A DNA stretch of 64,000 nt from Candidatus Omnitrophota bacterium (GCA_043821445.1 JBDRCT010000036.1:25879-89878), one strand, 5' to 3'. Positions 43,180-54,264 are shown, counted from the stretch's first letter. Made by a program: numbers and translations. The notes: generated from the sequence alone by a model not told the origin.

Positions 43180-45636
43180 ATGCCCAGAAAATCCAAGGAA
43201 AGAAAAAAAGCAGAAGCCGAAATGCCCCTGAAAGAAAAGGGCGGCGAGAAGAAATTTGCTTCAAAATACGGCCATTTTACGGCCGATGGACGCGAGTTCG
43301 TCATCACACGTCCCGACACGCCGCGTCCGTGGGTGAATGTGATCTCCAACGGGGATTATGGCGTGATCGAAACGCAAACCGGCTCGGGATTTTCATGGCG
43401 CGACAACGCGAATTTGTCACGCGTCACACGATGGGACCAGGACCTTATCCGCGACAACTGGGGAAAATATATTTACGTACGCGATCAGGATAATGGGGAC
43501 TACTGGTCCGGGACCTGGAAGCCATGCATGCCGAAATACGACTTTTTCGAAGTGCGCCACGGACAAGGCTACTCGGTTCTGACCAGCAAGCTTCACGGGA
43601 TCCGGCTCGAAAAGACGATCTTTGTCGACGTGGAGGATCCAGTCGAGGTCTGGAAGGTCGTCTTGACGAATCAATCCGGAAAAAAGAGACGGCTGAGCCT
43701 TTTTACCTATTTCGACTGGTGCCTGGGGAATTGGTCGGACACGCATCGCGAATTCCATAAAACGTTCATAGAGACATGGATCGATAAAAAAAACGGATGC
43801 ATTCACGGCGTCAAGCGCGCACCGCTTGTGCCGGGGTTCATTTCGACGGGAATGACCGAAAAGCCGCTCCAGGGGTTTCATGCAGCGAACCCCAAGCCCG
43901 TGGCGTATGACGGCGACAAGGAATTCTTCCTGGGACGGTATGGCGAGATCCACGCGCCGGCGGCCGTGGTGGAAGGAAAGTGCCGTGGGTCCGAAGGGAA
44001 GTGGGGCGATGCGGCGGCAAGCCTGCAGGTGGATATTGAGCTCGGGCCGAAAGAATCCAAGATCGTGATCTTCACGCTGGGGTCCACAAGAACCCGGGAA
44101 GAGGCCGAGCAGATCATCCAGAAATATTCCCATCCCCGGGTCGCGGAACAAGAGCTTCATAAAGTGAAAGCCCTTTGGGACTCCTTTATCCATGCCTCCG
44201 AAGTCGAGACGCCGGACGAGGCCCTCAATTTCATGACGAACACCTGGATGAAATATCAAGCGATCTCCGCGCGCATTTGGGCCAAGTGCGCCTATTATCA
44301 GTCAAGCGGCGGCTACGGATTCCGGGACCAGCTGCAGGATTGCCAGGTCTTTTTTGCGATCCGGCCCGAGCTCGCAAAAAAACAGATCCTACTCCATGCG
44401 GAGCAGCAATTTCCGGACGGGACGGTTTATCACTGGTGGCATCACGGGACAAATATCGGCGCTATTACCCACTGCTCAGACGATTTGCTGTGGCTTGATT
44501 TCATCACGTTGAACTATTTGGATGAAACCGCAAATGAGGCAATTCTGAACGAGGTTGTGAAATTCCTGCCAGATCCTAAAACCAACGAAGTCACCTCGGG
44601 AACGCTTTACGACCACATGCTTCGCGCGATCGACAAGGTTCTCACAAGGTTTTCGCCGCGGGGCCTTCCTCTGATCGGGGAGTGCGATTGGAACGATGGG
44701 TTGAGCCATGTGGGCACCCAATGGAAAGGCGAGTCGATCTGGCTCGGGCATTTTCTCTACGGTATCTTGAACCGCATGGCGCCGGTCATGGAAAAGAAAG
44801 GCGACAAAACGAAGGCCGTAGAATATCTCCGGCGCGCGGAAGCAATGAAAAAAGCTCTCAACGAACAAGGATGGGACGGGGAGTGGTACTTGGGCGCTAC
44901 GCGCGATGACGGAAGACCGCTCGGCAGCAAAAAATGTGAGACGGGAAAGATCTTTCTCAACAGTCAAACCTGGGCCGTCATTACGGGCGTGGCCGATGCA
45001 AAACGCGCACGCATCGCGATGGATTCCGCCGCGAAGTGGCTCTACAAAAAACACGGGCCGCTCCTTCTCACGCCTGGTTACAACGTGACCGACGCAACGA
45101 TCGGCTACATCACGCGTTATGCCCCATCCGTTCGCGAGAATGGCGGACTTTACACGCACGCCGGCACCTGGGCGGTCCAGGCTGAGGCGATGATGCGCGA
45201 TGGAGAGCGAGCACATCAAGTCTACAAAAGCTTTAACCCCGCGATACGGGGTTTGGAGCCGGACATTTATTACAGCGAACCGTACGTGACGCCCGGGAAC
45301 GTGGATGGCCCGGACTCGCCTCACAACGGACGCGGTGGCTGGACCTGGTACACAGGGTCAGCGGCGTGGTATGAAGTGGTGGCCATGAACTGGATCCTGG
45401 GCATTCGCCCCTCCGCCAAGGGGCTGATCGTAGATCCCGTGATCCCGAAGAAATGGCCCGGATTCAAAATGAAACGTCTTTTCCGCGGCAGCACCTACTT
45501 GATCGAGGTCAAGAATCCCGGTCAAACGGGGCAGGGGGTCCGGTCCGTTGTGGTGGACGGGAAAAAGCAGAAAGAAAGTCTTATTCCGGACCTCCGGGAC
45601 GGAAGAACCCACCGGGTTGAAGTAACGCTCGGATAA
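43180..45636 (+). CDS. GH94 glycoside phosphorylase
   Basis: TPRPWVNVISN, GYGFRDQLQD, DWNDGL, RENGGLYTH, WTWYTGSA. Confidence 0.92.
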   Translation: MPRKSKERKKAEAEMPLKEKGGEKKFASKYGHFTADGREFVITRPDTPRPWVNVISNGDYGVIETQTGSGFSWRDNANLSRVTRWDQDLIRDNWGKYIYVRDQDNGDYWSGTWKPCMPKYDFFEVRHGQGYSVLTSKLHGIRLEKTIFVDVEDPVEVWKVVLTNQSGKKRRLSLFTYFDWCLGNWSDTHREFHKTFIETWIDKKNGCIHGVKRAPLVPGFISTGMTEKPLQGFHAANPKPVAYDGDKEFFLGRYGEIHAPAAVVEGKCRGSEGKWGDAAASLQVDIELGPKESKIVIFTLGSTRTREEAEQIIQKYSHPRVAEQELHKVKALWDSFIHASEVETPDEALNFMTNTWMKYQAISARIWAKCAYYQSSGGYGFRDQLQDCQVFFAIRPELAKKQILLHAEQQFPDGTVYHWWHHGTNIGAITHCSDDLLWLDFITLNYLDETANEAILNEVVKFLPDPKTNEVTSGTLYDHMLRAIDKVLTRFSPRGLPLIGECDWNDGLSHVGTQWKGESIWLGHFLYGILNRMAPVMEKKGDKTKAVEYLRRAEAMKKALNEQGWDGEWYLGATRDDGRPLGSKKCETGKIFLNSQTWAVITGVADAKRARIAMDSAAKWLYKKHGPLLLTPGYNVTDATIGYITRYAPSVRENGGLYTHAGTWAVQAEAMMRDGERAHQVYKSFNPAIRGLEPDIYYSEPYVTPGNVDGPDSPHNGRGGWTWYTGSAAWYEVVAMNWILGIRPSAKGLIVDPVIPKKWPGFKMKRLFRGSTYLIEVKNPGQTGQGVRSVVVDGKKQKESLIPDLRDGRTHRVEVTLG

Positions 45637-45646
45637 GCGAAAAAAC

Positions 45647-47788
45647 ATGACCCTCTCAAGGAAATACTTTCCGGGTTCTAAATGTTTTCCGGGAAGCACC
45701 CTTTTGTTTTTTTTCGCGGTATGTTTTTTCGGAGCGTTCCTTCCGGCAGGCCTTGCCGCCAACAAACCCCAAGAACAAAAAACAGAGAAAACCACTAACC
45801 AACAAGCCACCCCCACAAAAGAAAAACCCGTGGAGACCTTTGTCCAACAGATCGGCCCTGCGGCCAGAGAAGCGCCGCTTGATATCGGGAAGGTCTTCGG
45901 TCTTGTTCTCGCCGGCAAGCCCCTCCGGGTCTCGACGCAATTCAAAGTTATAGATGACTTTAACGCGAAAGAGCTCAAAAACAGTCTTGGGGGAGCCTGG
46001 ATCATAGACGAAGGGGAAGAAAAAAAGATTCGGCTGGACCTGAAAAGAGAAGACGCCCGCGAAGCCAAAGCCGGGGGCTCTTTATGGGCGAGGATCAATC
46101 TCAAGAAAAAAGAAAAAACAGCCTTCCAGACCTCTCTTGAAAAGCTTGATATGAGCGCAGCCCACTACCTCGTGATGAAATGCAAAACAGATCCTTTGGC
46201 GCCCTTTAAAGGACGTTTGCGCGTTGCTCTGACGGATTGGGCAGACAAGACCGTGGAGCGGGACATCACGGACGTCTGTCTTGAGGGAGAGGGGTGGAAG
46301 GAAGTTATTTTGCCAACGAACGTTTTTATGGGGATCGATCTCGATCAGCTGAAATTCCTTTCTTTTAGAATGTTTGCGCGAGACCAAAATCTGGCTGGGA
46401 AGCTGGGACTGGACGAAATCGCTTTCCTGGGATACCCGGAAGTTGGATTTGAAAGCGTGGCAGATAATTTTGTCGGATTTCCGAGCTCCATTCTGGCCGA
46501 GCCCCGGCGCGAAGAACTTTTAGCGACGAAGAGCGACAAAGAACTGCTTCTCAAGATCGCTCAAGACACCTGGCAATATTTTGAAAACGCTACCGATAAA
46601 AGAAACCGTCTTATCTCGGACCATTTTAAAGTCGGGGATTTTCCCCTTGCAGCCGCCTATACCTCACCTACGAATATCGCTCTGGATCTTATGGGAACCG
46701 TTGCCGCAAGAGAGCTGAAGATCATTGCTCCAGACCAGGCGGCCCAACGCGTTCAGAACAGTTTGAAAACGCTTGAAAAAATGGAGACGTGGAAAGGCTT
46801 TTTTTTCAACTTTTATGAAACGACCCGGCTGGGAGTGAACCGGCGATTCATTTCAAGCGTAGATAACGGATGGCTTGCCATCGCGCTGGTGGTGGTCCGC
46901 CAGGCTTTCCCGGGAGAGATCGCGAAAAAAGCCACGGTTATTTTGGACCGGATTCATTTTCAGGAATTCTTGGATCCCGACACTAATCATCTTGCCATTG
47001 GTTACGACCTGGACCGCCAGGGTCCAACCCCGTATCACTACGGGATGCTTGTGACCGAGGCGCGCGCTATGAGTCTCTATGCGATCGGCAAAGGAGATAT
47101 CCCCCCCGAACACTGGTGGTATCTTTACCGTACGGCGCCGGAGGCGTGGGAATGGCAAACTCAAAAGCCGCAGGGGAAGATGGTCGAGCGCGACAAGGTC
47201 AGTTATTTCCAGGGTTATTATATCTATGAAGACAAGAAGTTCGTTCCAAGCTGGGGCGGATCGCTCTTCGAATTTCTGATGCCGACCCTTGTAATCGACG
47301 AACGGAAATTCGCTCCCAAAGGGCTTGGTCTTAACGACAAGATCGTCAGCGAGCTTCACCGGGACTACGCGCTCAAAGAAAAAAAATATCCCGTTTGGGG
47401 GATCTCGCCCGCCGCGACAGCCGACGGGCGGCGGTGGATGTACGGGGAGTACGGGATCAAAAAATTGGGGGCGAAAGGGTATCCGGACCGCGGCGTCATT
47501 ACCCCCCATGCGAGCTTTTTGGCGTTGGATAGCATCCCCAAAGACGCAATCAGGAATATTCGAAAATTTCTGACATTCAACATCTACGGAGAATATGGTT
47601 TTTATGATTCGATCACTTTTCCGAGCCAGAAGGTGAATACCCAATACTTGACTTTGGACCAAGGAATGACGATTATTCCGATCGCAAATTATCTGAAAAA
47701 GGGCGTGATCCGGGAATATTTTCACAAAGATCCGGTGGGCAAAAAAGCTAAAGAGTTGTTAGGGCAGGAAGATTTCTTCCCGGGATGA
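45647..47788 (+). CDS. Secreted DUF3131/glycoamylase-fold beta-1,2-glucan-active enzyme (GH144/GH189-like) with an N-terminal CBM-like domain
   Basis: TSPTNI, SSVDNGWL, EAR, SWGGSLFEFLMP, WGIS, YGFYDS, DQGM. Confidence 0.75.
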   Translation: MTLSRKYFPGSKCFPGSTLLFFFAVCFFGAFLPAGLAANKPQEQKTEKTTNQQATPTKEKPVETFVQQIGPAAREAPLDIGKVFGLVLAGKPLRVSTQFKVIDDFNAKELKNSLGGAWIIDEGEEKKIRLDLKREDAREAKAGGSLWARINLKKKEKTAFQTSLEKLDMSAAHYLVMKCKTDPLAPFKGRLRVALTDWADKTVERDITDVCLEGEGWKEVILPTNVFMGIDLDQLKFLSFRMFARDQNLAGKLGLDEIAFLGYPEVGFESVADNFVGFPSSILAEPRREELLATKSDKELLLKIAQDTWQYFENATDKRNRLISDHFKVGDFPLAAAYTSPTNIALDLMGTVAARELKIIAPDQAAQRVQNSLKTLEKMETWKGFFFNFYETTRLGVNRRFISSVDNGWLAIALVVVRQAFPGEIAKKATVILDRIHFQEFLDPDTNHLAIGYDLDRQGPTPYHYGMLVTEARAMSLYAIGKGDIPPEHWWYLYRTAPEAWEWQTQKPQGKMVERDKVSYFQGYYIYEDKKFVPSWGGSLFEFLMPTLVIDERKFAPKGLGLNDKIVSELHRDYALKEKKYPVWGISPAATADGRRWMYGEYGIKKLGAKGYPDRGVITPHASFLALDSIPKDAIRNIRKFLTFNIYGEYGFYDSITFPSQKVNTQYLTLDQGMTIIPIANYLKKGVIREYFHKDPVGKKAKELLGQEDFFPG

Positions 47789-47984
47789 TGTCCTGCCAAC
47801 CTCTTTCCGGGGAAAGAGTTGAACGCTGTCTCCGGAGAGACGGCGAAGGCCTAGAAACAAAACGCCCAATTAATGCTTTGAAAAAGCATATCGTGGAGTT
47901 AAAATGAGCGCCGCATGAGGCGCTTATATAGCGGCCAAAGAACAGGTTGTAACACAAAGCATTTTTGAAAGGAGCTCCTATCCC

Positions 47985-49202
47985 ATGGTGATCAAGCAAA
48001 TGCTCAAAGACCGAACTCTCACCGACAAGGAAAGAAAAAATCTAAGCATCCTTGAAGTCATTCGCAAGAACGGGCCGATTTCCAGGACCGACATCTCCAA
48101 GCTCACAGAGCTGAACATCGTGACGGTTTCTAACTACGTGGGCCATTACATTAAAAAAGGCCTTGTGGTAGAAGGCGAGTTGGACGAGTCCACGGGCGGA
48201 CGCAAACCCGTGCTCGTGGAGCTTAATCCCAAGTCCGGCTATATCGTGGGCGTCGGGCTTAACATGATGAGCCTGGTGGCCGTTCTCGTAGATCTCGAGA
48301 TCAACGTGATCAGCGAGATCAAGCGTGAAAGGGCCCCGGAGAATTCCGAGAAAATCATCCTTCAAATGGTGGATCTCGCGGCGGAGATCATCGAAAAGAC
48401 GGAGATCGACAAAACCAAGATCGTGGGCGTCGGGGTCGGCATCCCCGGGATCATTGACGAACGCGGGCGGACGATCCGCTGGCCACAAAGCCTGGGAGAC
48501 AAAGATATTTCAGTCTGTTCCTCGATCAAAGATACTTTCGAAAAGAGACTCAACATCCCCACGATCGTGGAAAATGACGCGAACGCGGCGGTGCTCGGAG
48601 AAAAATGGCTGGGACTGGACCGCGATGTGCGGAACATGGTTTATATGTTCTCGGGTGTTGGTTGCGGCATCTTGATTAACGAGGAGATCTATCGCGGAGC
48701 GAACGGCGCCGCGGGCGAGCTCGGGATCACGAGCACGCACGCAAGCAAAGACTATTCCTTCAAGATCGCAACGCAACTTGGCCGGTGGGAAATGGATATC
48801 GGCATGGTTCGTCACGTGCGCGAGTGGATCGAAAAAGGCGAGCCCTCAATCCTGAAAGACCTGGTCAAGGGCGACCTTTCCAAGCTGACCTTTAAAGAGA
48901 TCGTCAAGGCCGTACGGGAAAAAGACGCCCTGGCGATCAAAGCGGCGGAACAGGCCGGACAAGATCTCGGCAAGAAAATAGCATTTATCGTGAACCTTCT
49001 CAATCCTGAAGTGGTGGTGATCGGCGGTGGTGTGGAGGATTGCGGTGCGCCGCTTCTCGACGCGATCAAGGATACGATTAAGGAGTGGTCCGTTGAAGAA
49101 GCCGCGACGCAGGTCAAGATCATCCCGTCCGCCTTCGGCGAAAATGCCGTAGCGCTGGGCGTGGTCGGCATTGTGGCCCGCGAAGTTTTCGCCCAGGCCT
49201 AA
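47985..49202 (+). CDS. ROK-family transcriptional repressor
   Basis: N-terminal HTH (ISRTDISK..GGRKP), ENDANAA, GAAGELG. Confidence 0.92.
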   Translation: MVIKQMLKDRTLTDKERKNLSILEVIRKNGPISRTDISKLTELNIVTVSNYVGHYIKKGLVVEGELDESTGGRKPVLVELNPKSGYIVGVGLNMMSLVAVLVDLEINVISEIKRERAPENSEKIILQMVDLAAEIIEKTEIDKTKIVGVGVGIPGIIDERGRTIRWPQSLGDKDISVCSSIKDTFEKRLNIPTIVENDANAAVLGEKWLGLDRDVRNMVYMFSGVGCGILINEEIYRGANGAAGELGITSTHASKDYSFKIATQLGRWEMDIGMVRHVREWIEKGEPSILKDLVKGDLSKLTFKEIVKAVREKDALAIKAAEQAGQDLGKKIAFIVNLLNPEVVVIGGGVEDCGAPLLDAIKDTIKEWSVEEAATQVKIIPSAFGENAVALGVVGIVAREVFAQA

Positions 49203-49226
49203 GCGCTTTTAGCTCTCGGCCCCGAA

Positions 49227-50255
49227 ATGCAATCCCTTATACAGGAACTCAAGCACCGGGTTCTCGCGGGAGGGGACATCTCTCGGGACGAAGCCCTCCG
49301 TCTCAGTTTGATCAAAGATCCTGCAACTCTCGATCTCCTTTTAGACGCTGCCCACGAGATCACAACCAAGTTCCGGCCCTCCCAACCCGATCTTTGCTCG
49401 CTCGTGAACGCCAAAAGCTACCTTTGTTCCGAAGACTGCGGTTTTTGTTCCCAATCCTCCCACTACGAAACGGGCGTGAAACGCTATTCCCTCATGAGCC
49501 CGAGGGAGATCTTGAAGAAAGCAAAAAAATGCGAAGCCAGCGGCGTACAAAGTTTTTGCGTGGTCACGAGCGGCGAGACCTTGAATGACACTGAATTCGA
49601 ACGAGTGCTCGCAACGTTCCGCTTGTTAAGCGAGAAGACCCGTCTCCGGCTGGATGGGTCGCTCGGGAACCTGACGGCTGAACAGATCCGGAAGCTTCGC
49701 GAGGCAGGGATGCGGCGCTTTAATCACAACCTCCAATGTTCTCGCGAGTTTTATCCCGAGATCGTTTCCACGCATACCTATGACGAGCGGAGAGAGACGC
49801 TAAAATTCCTGGCGGAGAGCGGCGTCGAAGTGTGTTCGGGCGGTATTTTGGGGATGGGAGAGACGGAAGAGGACCGGATCGACCTCGCATTCGAGCTCAA
49901 GCCTTTTGACCCTTGCTGCTTGCCGGTCAATATCCTGAACCCGAGGCCCGGAACGCCGCTTGAAGGGCGAAGGGCCATCTTCCCCGAGGAAATCGTCAAG
50001 ACCGTCGCTATCTACCGCTTTATTCACCCCAGGGCCAACATCAAACTTGCCGGTGGACGCGAAAGAAATCTCGGCATTTATTTTCAAGAAAAGGCCCTCC
50101 GCGGCGGAGCGAACGGATTTGTGGTTGGCGGTTACCTTACGACCGCAGGCAATCCTCTCCGGGAAGACCTCGACATGCTCCGGCGGGCCGGTTTTTCCCT
50201 GGAAGACGCCAACGGAAACGACTGTTGCCAGGCCGGTTGCAGGAAAGGCTGTTAG
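49227..50255 (+). CDS. bioB: Biotin synthase
   Basis: CSEDCGFCSQS, FNHNL, CSGGILGMGE, AGGRE. Confidence 0.93.
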   Translation: MQSLIQELKHRVLAGGDISRDEALRLSLIKDPATLDLLLDAAHEITTKFRPSQPDLCSLVNAKSYLCSEDCGFCSQSSHYETGVKRYSLMSPREILKKAKKCEASGVQSFCVVTSGETLNDTEFERVLATFRLLSEKTRLRLDGSLGNLTAEQIRKLREAGMRRFNHNLQCSREFYPEIVSTHTYDERRETLKFLAESGVEVCSGGILGMGETEEDRIDLAFELKPFDPCCLPVNILNPRPGTPLEGRRAIFPEEIVKTVAIYRFIHPRANIKLAGGRERNLGIYFQEKALRGGANGFVVGGYLTTAGNPLREDLDMLRRAGFSLEDANGNDCCQAGCRKGC

Positions 50256-50268
50256 CAGAGCGGCCATC

Positions 50269-50997
50269 TTGGAAATCTCACTCAAAGAAAAGATCATTCT
50301 TATCACAGGCGGCACCAGCCAGCTCGGGCGGGCGTTCGTTCGCAAAGCTGTCCAGCGGGGTGCGCGCGTTTTCTTCACTTATTTTAAAGCCCTTGAGACC
50401 GCTAAGGAGCTCGAACAGGCCGGCGCACAGGGGTTCCTTCTCGATCTGGCCGACGTCAAGGCCATGGATGCTTTTGCCGCGATGTTCAAAGAAAGAAGCG
50501 AATCTTTGGACGTCCTCATTCACAATGCCGCCTCAACCGCGGACGCTTTTATCGAAAAAATGCCTGAAAGCGAATGGGACAATGTCCTACGGGTCAATCT
50601 GAAGGCTCCTTTTTATCTTACTCAAAAACTCCTGCCTTTTCTTTTAAGAAAGACACCGAGCAAGGTATTCACCCTCGTCAGCCGTGCAGGCCTGAGCGGA
50701 CTTGCCGGAGCTGCGAATTACGCCGCCTCGAAAGGCGGACTGATCGCGATGACCAAAACGCTCGCCAAAGAACTTGGCCGGAAAAAAATCCTTGTGAATG
50801 CCGTAAATCCGGGCTTTATGCGGTCTTCCATGACCGCGAACATCCCCCAGGAAATTCTTCAAAGAAATCTCGAGGAGAGCCCGCTCAAAACTTTTTCGGA
50901 CCCCGAAGAGGTCGCGGACTTTCTCCTCTTTCTCTCCTCGGATCAGATGCGTCAGGTGACAGGACAAGTGTTTCATTTTGAATCCCGCCCCGCATGA
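50269..50997 (+). CDS. FabG-like short-chain dehydrogenase
   Basis: ITGGTSQLG, HNA, NYAASKGG, VNAVNPG; start estimated at TTG 50269. Confidence 0.85.
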   Translation: MEISLKEKIILITGGTSQLGRAFVRKAVQRGARVFFTYFKALETAKELEQAGAQGFLLDLADVKAMDAFAAMFKERSESLDVLIHNAASTADAFIEKMPESEWDNVLRVNLKAPFYLTQKLLPFLLRKTPSKVFTLVSRAGLSGLAGAANYAASKGGLIAMTKTLAKELGRKKILVNAVNPGFMRSSMTANIPQEILQRNLEESPLKTFSDPEEVADFLLFLSSDQMRQVTGQVFHFESRPA

Positions 50998-51262
50998 CAG
51001 TACAGAGAGAGGAAAAACAGCACAGGAGTGCAAGGATGTTGTGTTGTAGACGAACCGTTTATGGCCACGCTGCCTCCGTAGCCCACTCTAAAAGAACGAC
51101 TTTTTTCGGCCGATGTGAGTTTGTGGCGCACGGTTTTTATGTTCCGCCGCATCAAGAACCTGAGCGCAGCCCTCTGTGCCCGAGGGTCCTGCGTGTTAAA
51201 ACCCGCGCATCTCGCTATTGTTATCGCAAAAATCTTGAGGCATCCACCAGGAATGGTCAAAG

Positions 51263-52864
51263 ATGAAGAAGAGAAACTATCTGTTTTTGATATTAATAGT
51301 ATTAAGCTTTCATATTTTTCTGAACTATCAAATCCTGAAAAAAAGCAGCTTTTTCAGAGTGGAGGATGAAGGCGGCATCGTAGTGAACAGTTTGTTTTAT
51401 TACCGCGCGGTGTTCGCAGATAACACGACTAGTTTTAGTGATAAACTACATTATATTTTTGAATTGTATGGCAATTGCCACCCCCATCTTGTCGATCTTG
51501 CGGGGGCCCTCTCGTGGAAAATCTTATATTCACTCAAGCTTTTGGACATAGATTTAATGGTCCTGATGGTTAATTCTATATTTCTTCTTGTTTTGTTGAG
51601 CAGCGTCTATGGAATCGGTTCGATGGTTTTTAATAGAAACGTAGGTGTACTGTCTGCGGCGTTGGTTTCGATGTTCCCCGTGGTCTTCGGGCATTCAAGG
51701 GTGGCTATGTTGGATTTTCCTTTAATGTGCATGATCTCCCTTGGATTTTACTTGCTTCTAAAAACGAGAGGATTTAGCTCTGTCTCCTATAGCCTATTAG
51801 CGGGGATAGCGCTCGGCTTGTCGCAAGCGACCAAGGAGACAGCCTTTGTTTTCATCCTTGGCCCGCTTATTTATTATTCGATCAGAGCCTATCCGGCAAA
51901 CAACAAAAAGAGGGCGTTGTTGAATTTCGTTATGATGGCGACTTGTTTTTTTGCCGTATCGGCGATCATCTATCTCAGACCGGAAAATCTACACGTATTC
52001 AAAATATTTTTTGGAAAAATTACTTACATCAAAAGTCCCTTGAGTCCCTTTCATTACCTGTCTAATTTTATAGAAATGACGGGACCCCTTGTCTCAGTCA
52101 TAACGCTGCCCTTGCTGGCGCATTATCTGGTTAATATCAAGGGAAGAGATAAGTTTTTACTTATTTGGTTCATCATTCCGATCGCGTTGTTTAGCCTCTC
52201 TCAAAACAAAACCATAAGATTTCTTTTGCCAGTATTACCGGCCTTTGCCCTCATGGTGAGCAGCGAAGCGGACAAGATCAAACTGTCCAAGGAGTTTAAA
52301 AAAACAGTTTATGCCATGCTGATTTTAATCCCGATCGTTCAATTCGCATTTTTTAATACAGGTCTCTTAGACACAAAAATAAAAAGCATATACTTTGAAA
52401 CGGGTATTTTGCATGCTATAAAGGATGAACATCCGCCTGATTCGGTGAAATTGTTAGAAGTTTTTAATATGGAAGCGAAAATGAATAAAGGAGTGCCGAA
52501 AAAGGTGCTTTTTTTATTCAGCATCGGAAAAATTGGTTGGCCGTTCTGGTTGAATGTTGTTTTGCATCAACTGCCTTTCGATGTGGCGGATCATCTTCGG
52601 ACAGATGAAGCACAAGTGGTGGATAGTTATGGGATCGATTGGAATGAAAAAATTTTAGAAGCGGACTATATTATCGATAAGACAGGGTCTAAGCCCGGCT
52701 CGGACTGCGCAAAGCATATTTTAAAAGGGCTGGAAGATGGTTTTTCCAAACATAAGGGCCGGTTTGACTTGATTGCCAAAATAAAATTATCCTTTGATGG
52801 TTCCGTGATGTATGTTTATAGAAAATCGGAGAGCATAGGGCCGCAGACCGGCGTGAAGTCCTAG
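51263..52864 (+). CDS. GT-C fold (ArnT/PMT-like) membrane glycosyltransferase, AT-rich
   Basis: Polytopic; EDEG, HP, MLDFP, TKE, RFLLP. Confidence 0.8.
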   Translation: MKKRNYLFLILIVLSFHIFLNYQILKKSSFFRVEDEGGIVVNSLFYYRAVFADNTTSFSDKLHYIFELYGNCHPHLVDLAGALSWKILYSLKLLDIDLMVLMVNSIFLLVLLSSVYGIGSMVFNRNVGVLSAALVSMFPVVFGHSRVAMLDFPLMCMISLGFYLLLKTRGFSSVSYSLLAGIALGLSQATKETAFVFILGPLIYYSIRAYPANNKKRALLNFVMMATCFFAVSAIIYLRPENLHVFKIFFGKITYIKSPLSPFHYLSNFIEMTGPLVSVITLPLLAHYLVNIKGRDKFLLIWFIIPIALFSLSQNKTIRFLLPVLPAFALMVSSEADKIKLSKEFKKTVYAMLILIPIVQFAFFNTGLLDTKIKSIYFETGILHAIKDEHPPDSVKLLEVFNMEAKMNKGVPKKVLFLFSIGKIGWPFWLNVVLHQLPFDVADHLRTDEAQVVDSYGIDWNEKILEADYIIDKTGSKPGSDCAKHILKGLEDGFSKHKGRFDLIAKIKLSFDGSVMYVYRKSESIGPQTGVKS

Positions 52865-53055
52865 AATGGTGCGGGATATGGTCTGCGAAAACACGGATCT
52901 CGAGTTTTCATTTACGCGAGTTTTCGAGCAGATATACTAAGGATCCCATCCCGCAGGGATATTCAGCCGTTTTTCGGACCTGCCTGCAAGAGACGCCTGA
53001 GTGAGAGCGACGATTTTCACGCGAAACGGAATATTATGAAACGGAAAAATAGAGA

Positions 53056-54264
53056 ATGAACAAGCGACGCGTGGTAGTCACGGGCATGGGGGTTCTTTCT
53101 CCGATAGGGAACACGCTTGCGGAGTTCCGTGAGAACCTTAAAAAAGGCGTCTCCGGGAAGGAGAATGCAGACCGCTCCATCGTCGAAGGATATGAGTTTC
53201 CTCCGATCTTTCCTCTCAAGGGCTTCAACCCGCGTCCCTACGGGACGCATCTCCTGGATCCCTTCATTCAATACGCCGTCGCGGCCGCTGAACAGGCGGT
53301 CACCGATGCCCGATTCGATGTTGCTGCCGTAGACCCTTACGATATCGCGCTTTCCATTAGCTCCAGCAAAGGGGGCGTCCACAGCCTCGGGCGGTTCAAG
53401 GAGCGTTTCCTGAGAAATCCCAGCGCGATCCTAGGCGCAAGAATGTACACCAGCGCCGTGCCGAATTTTGCCGATCAATGGATCGCCCGGCGCATGAAGA
53501 TCCAGGGACCCGCCAAGTGTTACGTGGCTGCGTGTGCAACAGGGACCGTGGCCATCGTCCAGGGGTTCCGTATGGTTTCCGAAGGGCAGGCGGAGTATTG
53601 CCTTGCTGGAGCAACGGACGCCTCTATCACGCCGCTTATGCTAGGAGGCTACAACAATATGAGAGCGCTTGCAGCTAAAGATATCCGCCCATTCGACAAA
53701 AGACGCGACGGATTTCTTGTGGGCGAAGGCGCGGGCGTGGTCTTCCTTGAAACGCTGGAAAGCGCGCGGGCGCGCGGCGCAAAGATCTACGGTGAGATCG
53801 TCGAGGCCGCCTACGGTCAAGACAGCAAACAGCCGATCCACTTTGATCTTACGGAGCACGCTCTGTCCTACACGCTGGGGGTTCTTATCAAGAGGGCCGG
53901 GATCACGCCGCGGGAGATCGACTATGTGAATCTGCACGGCACAGGCACGAAGTACGGGGATCTTTATGAAACGTCAGAGCTTAAAGAAGCGTTCGGGGAG
54001 CAGGCTTACGGGATCCCTATGAGTTCGACCAAAGGTTCGACTGGGCACATGCTCGGCGCAACGGGTGCCGTTGAGATCATCGCGACGCTCCTGGGGATCC
54101 AAGAAGGCTTCATCCCGCCGACGGTGGGACTTGAAGAAAAGGACCCGGCATGCGACCTTGACTATACGCCCGGGAATATGCGCCGTCATACGATCACGAA
54201 CGCCGTCAAGGTCTCCATGGGTTTCGGAGGGCAGGTCGCTGCCGCTCTTTTCAGAAAAGTCTGA
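53056..54264 (+). CDS. FabF-like beta-ketoacyl-ACP synthase
   Basis: RRVVVTGMG, ACATG, RPFD..RDGF..GEGAG, HGTGT, GHMLGA. Confidence 0.9.
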   Translation: MNKRRVVVTGMGVLSPIGNTLAEFRENLKKGVSGKENADRSIVEGYEFPPIFPLKGFNPRPYGTHLLDPFIQYAVAAAEQAVTDARFDVAAVDPYDIALSISSSKGGVHSLGRFKERFLRNPSAILGARMYTSAVPNFADQWIARRMKIQGPAKCYVAACATGTVAIVQGFRMVSEGQAEYCLAGATDASITPLMLGGYNNMRALAAKDIRPFDKRRDGFLVGEGAGVVFLETLESARARGAKIYGEIVEAAYGQDSKQPIHFDLTEHALSYTLGVLIKRAGITPREIDYVNLHGTGTKYGDLYETSELKEAFGEQAYGIPMSSTKGSTGHMLGATGAVEIIATLLGIQEGFIPPTVGLEEKDPACDLDYTPGNMRRHTITNAVKVSMGFGGQVAAALFRKV

